IMG/VR virus record: IMGVR_UViG_3300047373_000106
Location: 1-26,717 of that record
Length of the DNA: 26,717 bases
Strand: one strand, 5' to 3'
Origin: a virus
Lineage: Duplodnaviria; Caudoviricetes
In this document: positions 25,212 to 26,717 of the stretch, piece by piece
Numbering within the stretch: position 1 is the stretch's first letter
How the letters are laid out: every line of letters begins with the position of its first letter
Program-made: the position numbers and the translations under genes
Notes under the pieces: model-generated
What the model saw: only the letters and a program-made list of their open reading frames with translations
Told to the model about the DNA's origin: nothing
Databases searched by the model: none

Positions 25212-25412
25212 ATGACAACTCCGTATGAAGATCAGATCGACTTGTTTAACAACGACTTACAGAACTTAATTTATCGTTATAAAAGTGAGTACGACTTACA
25301 CGATGAAACACTTATAGGATGCATTGAAGCTTCTAAGTTATCGGTTATAGATTCTTTCACTATCGACTTTGAAGATGATATAGACCTAGATAATGAAGAC
25401 AGTGATAAGTAA
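25212..25412 (+). CDS. small acidic hypothetical protein
   Basis: 66-aa ORF with Asp/Glu-rich tail, last gene before the terminal junction. Confidence 0.65.
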   Translation: MTTPYEDQIDLFNNDLQNLIYRYKSEYDLHDETLIGCIEASKLSVIDSFTIDFEDDIDLDNEDSDK

Positions 25413-25419
25413 GTAATGC

Positions 25420-25520
25420 TTTTTAATTTTTGGTGAAAAAATCTGAAGGGGTTACGCTATATACGCGTGCGTTAAAATACCCCGTGCGTGCCTGCGTTTT
25501 TCTACTGGGGGTGGGGTATT
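25420..25520. other. GC-rich inverted-repeat element, candidate genome terminus/packaging region
   Basis: GGGGT (25448-52), AATACCCC (25476-83) and GGGGTATT (25513-20) in otherwise AT-rich DNA, between last late gene and first early genes. Confidence 0.45.
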
Positions 25521-25582
25521 GTTGGAAAACAAGTAATTAATGTTTTTCCTAAATCACTGACAATCAATAGGTTTATGACATT

Positions 25583-25610
25583 AAATCGCACAATATGGAT
25601 TATGTCTAAT
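25583..25610 (+). other. dif-like XerC/XerD recombination site
   Basis: AAATCGCACAA-TATGGA-TTATGTCTAAT vs E. coli dif GGTGCGCATAA-TGTATA-TTATGTTAAAT: same 11-6-11 layout, 9/11 in the XerD arm. Confidence 0.65.
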
Positions 25611-25617
25611 TGTTAAT

Positions 25618-25630
25618 AATCAACAACTTA
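25618..25630 (+). promoter_or_regulatory. IHF consensus site
   Basis: AATCAACAACTTA matches WATCAANNNNTTR exactly; near-match AATCAATAGGTTT at 25562-25574. Confidence 0.45.
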
Positions 25631-25951
25631 GGTAATATTAGAGCTTTGTTATTAGATCAAACGCAAATCAACAGATCAACAGGGTTATTTGCGTCAATGA
25701 ATGTTTTTCGCTATTGATAATGCGTTATCATTTGTAAATTTGTTATTTCTTCTTTGTTTAAATTTTCAATCTTTTTTGAAATCATTGAAACTTATCTAAT
25801 CTATCCTATCATTATCAATTCTAATGACTATTATTAGCTAATCTTTAAAGATAACAAAGTTAAAAAATAATACTTGCAACTATTGACAACCTATGATTTA
25901 CAGAGCGTATCACATATTAATTTTAACCATCAAAATAGAAAGAAAATCATT

Positions 25952-26134
25952 ATGTACATATCAATATCTAACATTAAAGAAAATAAAGTAATTAATTTTG
26001 ATTGCTTATTCGACACTTATACTAAGTTATGGGGAATCCAATATCTAGGAGACGGCACGCAAGGTTTCTTTTATTCTTTACAGGATGCCTTGAACTGGCT
26101 TACTGATAACTTTGGCTTTAAAGAATCAAAATAA
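25952..26134 (+). CDS. early hypothetical protein (60 aa)
   Basis: ATG at 25952 follows the repeated leader motif, preferred to TTG 25874. Confidence 0.55.
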   Translation: MYISISNIKENKVINFDCLFDTYTKLWGIQYLGDGTQGFFYSLQDALNWLTDNFGFKESK

Positions 26135-26152
26135 TAGAAAGAAAAAATCATT

Positions 26153-26539
26153 ATGAACATTACAGAAATTGACACTATTACAAAACTAGAACAAAACGGC
26201 TATATCGGTACTGACGCTTGTCTTGCTATCTCTTTATTTGAGTATGGACTAGCTTGGAAGGAAGACGAAAAGCAAATCGAATTTATCTATGGTATTGGTA
26301 TTGAAAGCACAGAATATAATAGATTTGATCTTTGTACTTTTGCTTTAGATTTAGACATAAAAGAAGAGTTTGACTGGGCTGACTTTGATGAAGTTGCAAG
26401 CTTTTGTGGTCAAACTTTAGATCAATTCCTTGCAATGGATTTAGCTTCTCAAATTTATAAGTTACAAGTGCATTATGGCTTTGAAAATGTTTTCGGTAGT
26501 AGCTACTGGGAGGGTTTCGAGATACTAGAAAATAACTAA
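26153..26539 (+). CDS. early acidic hypothetical protein
   Basis: 128-aa ORF with the leader motif; D..L.ISLFEYG..YG.ENVFG pattern. Confidence 0.7.
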   Translation: MNITEIDTITKLEQNGYIGTDACLAISLFEYGLAWKEDEKQIEFIYGIGIESTEYNRFDLCTFALDLDIKEEFDWADFDEVASFCGQTLDQFLAMDLASQIYKLQVHYGFENVFGSSYWEGFEILENN

Positions 26540-26568
26540 CTTAATCAATAAAATAGAAAAATAACATC

Positions 26569-26717
26569 ATGAACCAATTAAAAGAATTACTAAATAACTA
26601 TAAAACTAGATCAGCTTGGTCTAAAGGTGTAAAAGCCTTTGCTTTTGACTTATTAGATAACCTTGAAGGTCGAGATATTACTAAAGATAACTTGTTAAAT
26701 GGTGCGAGTAACTGGTC
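26569..26717 (+). CDS. early hypothetical protein (partial, runs off window)
   Basis: MNQLKELLNNYKTRSAWSKGVKAFAFDLLDNLEGRDITKDNLLNGASNW..; RSAW.KGV..LLNGA..W pattern seen in other phage hypotheticals. Confidence 0.7.
   Translation, partial: MNQLKELLNNYKTRSAWSKGVKAFAFDLLDNLEGRDITKDNLLNGASNW

Larger units (their letters stand above)
25934..26571 (+). repeat. repeated leader motif AATAGAAA(G/A)..ATCAT(TAT)G before three early genes
   Basis: AATAGAAAGAAAATCATTATG (25934), AATAGAAAGAAAAAATCATTATG (26133), AATAGAAAAATAACATCATG (26552). Confidence 0.7.

Noticed and set aside
25874-25913. Early sigma70 promoter at TTGACA (25883)
   Set aside because: The -35 is perfect but no good -10 at 16-18 nt spacing; a promoter here is plausible but cannot be placed
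1-26717. Phage RNA polymerase promoter consensus, tRNA, CRISPR array, diversity-generating retroelement or intron
   Set aside because: No repeated ~20-bp promoter, cloverleaf, spaced direct repeats, reverse transcriptase or interrupted core gene found by eye; a motif search over the full genome is needed for the promoter

Overview
This window is the right-hand ~two thirds of an AT-rich T7-like podovirus genome (Autographiviridae-type gene order, probably aquatic/marine), with all genes on the + strand. In order: end of the family A DNA polymerase, a free-standing PD-(D/E)XK endonuclease, the 5'-3' exonuclease overlapping a dATP/dGTP diphosphohydrolase-like gene, small virion genes and an adhesin/LamG cluster, portal, scaffold, a lipoprotein plus small membrane peptide, major capsid, tail tube A/B, internal virion proteins, tail fibre, holin-like and small basic proteins, and small/large terminase. 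After these comes a ~1.1 kb mostly non-coding junction (probable genome end/start) and the first early genes. The most notable signals are four. (1) A XerC/XerD dif-like site flanked by IHF-like boxes in the terminal junction. (2) A 1742-aa gp16-position ejection protein carrying ADP-ribosyltransferase-like and HExxH metallopeptidase cassettes. (3) A lipoprotein with unimolecular-spanin architecture between scaffold and capsid. (4) A shared F-x-TDT..WDGS.W module linking adjacent adhesin proteins. All family assignments come from motif recognition and synteny by eye, not database searches.
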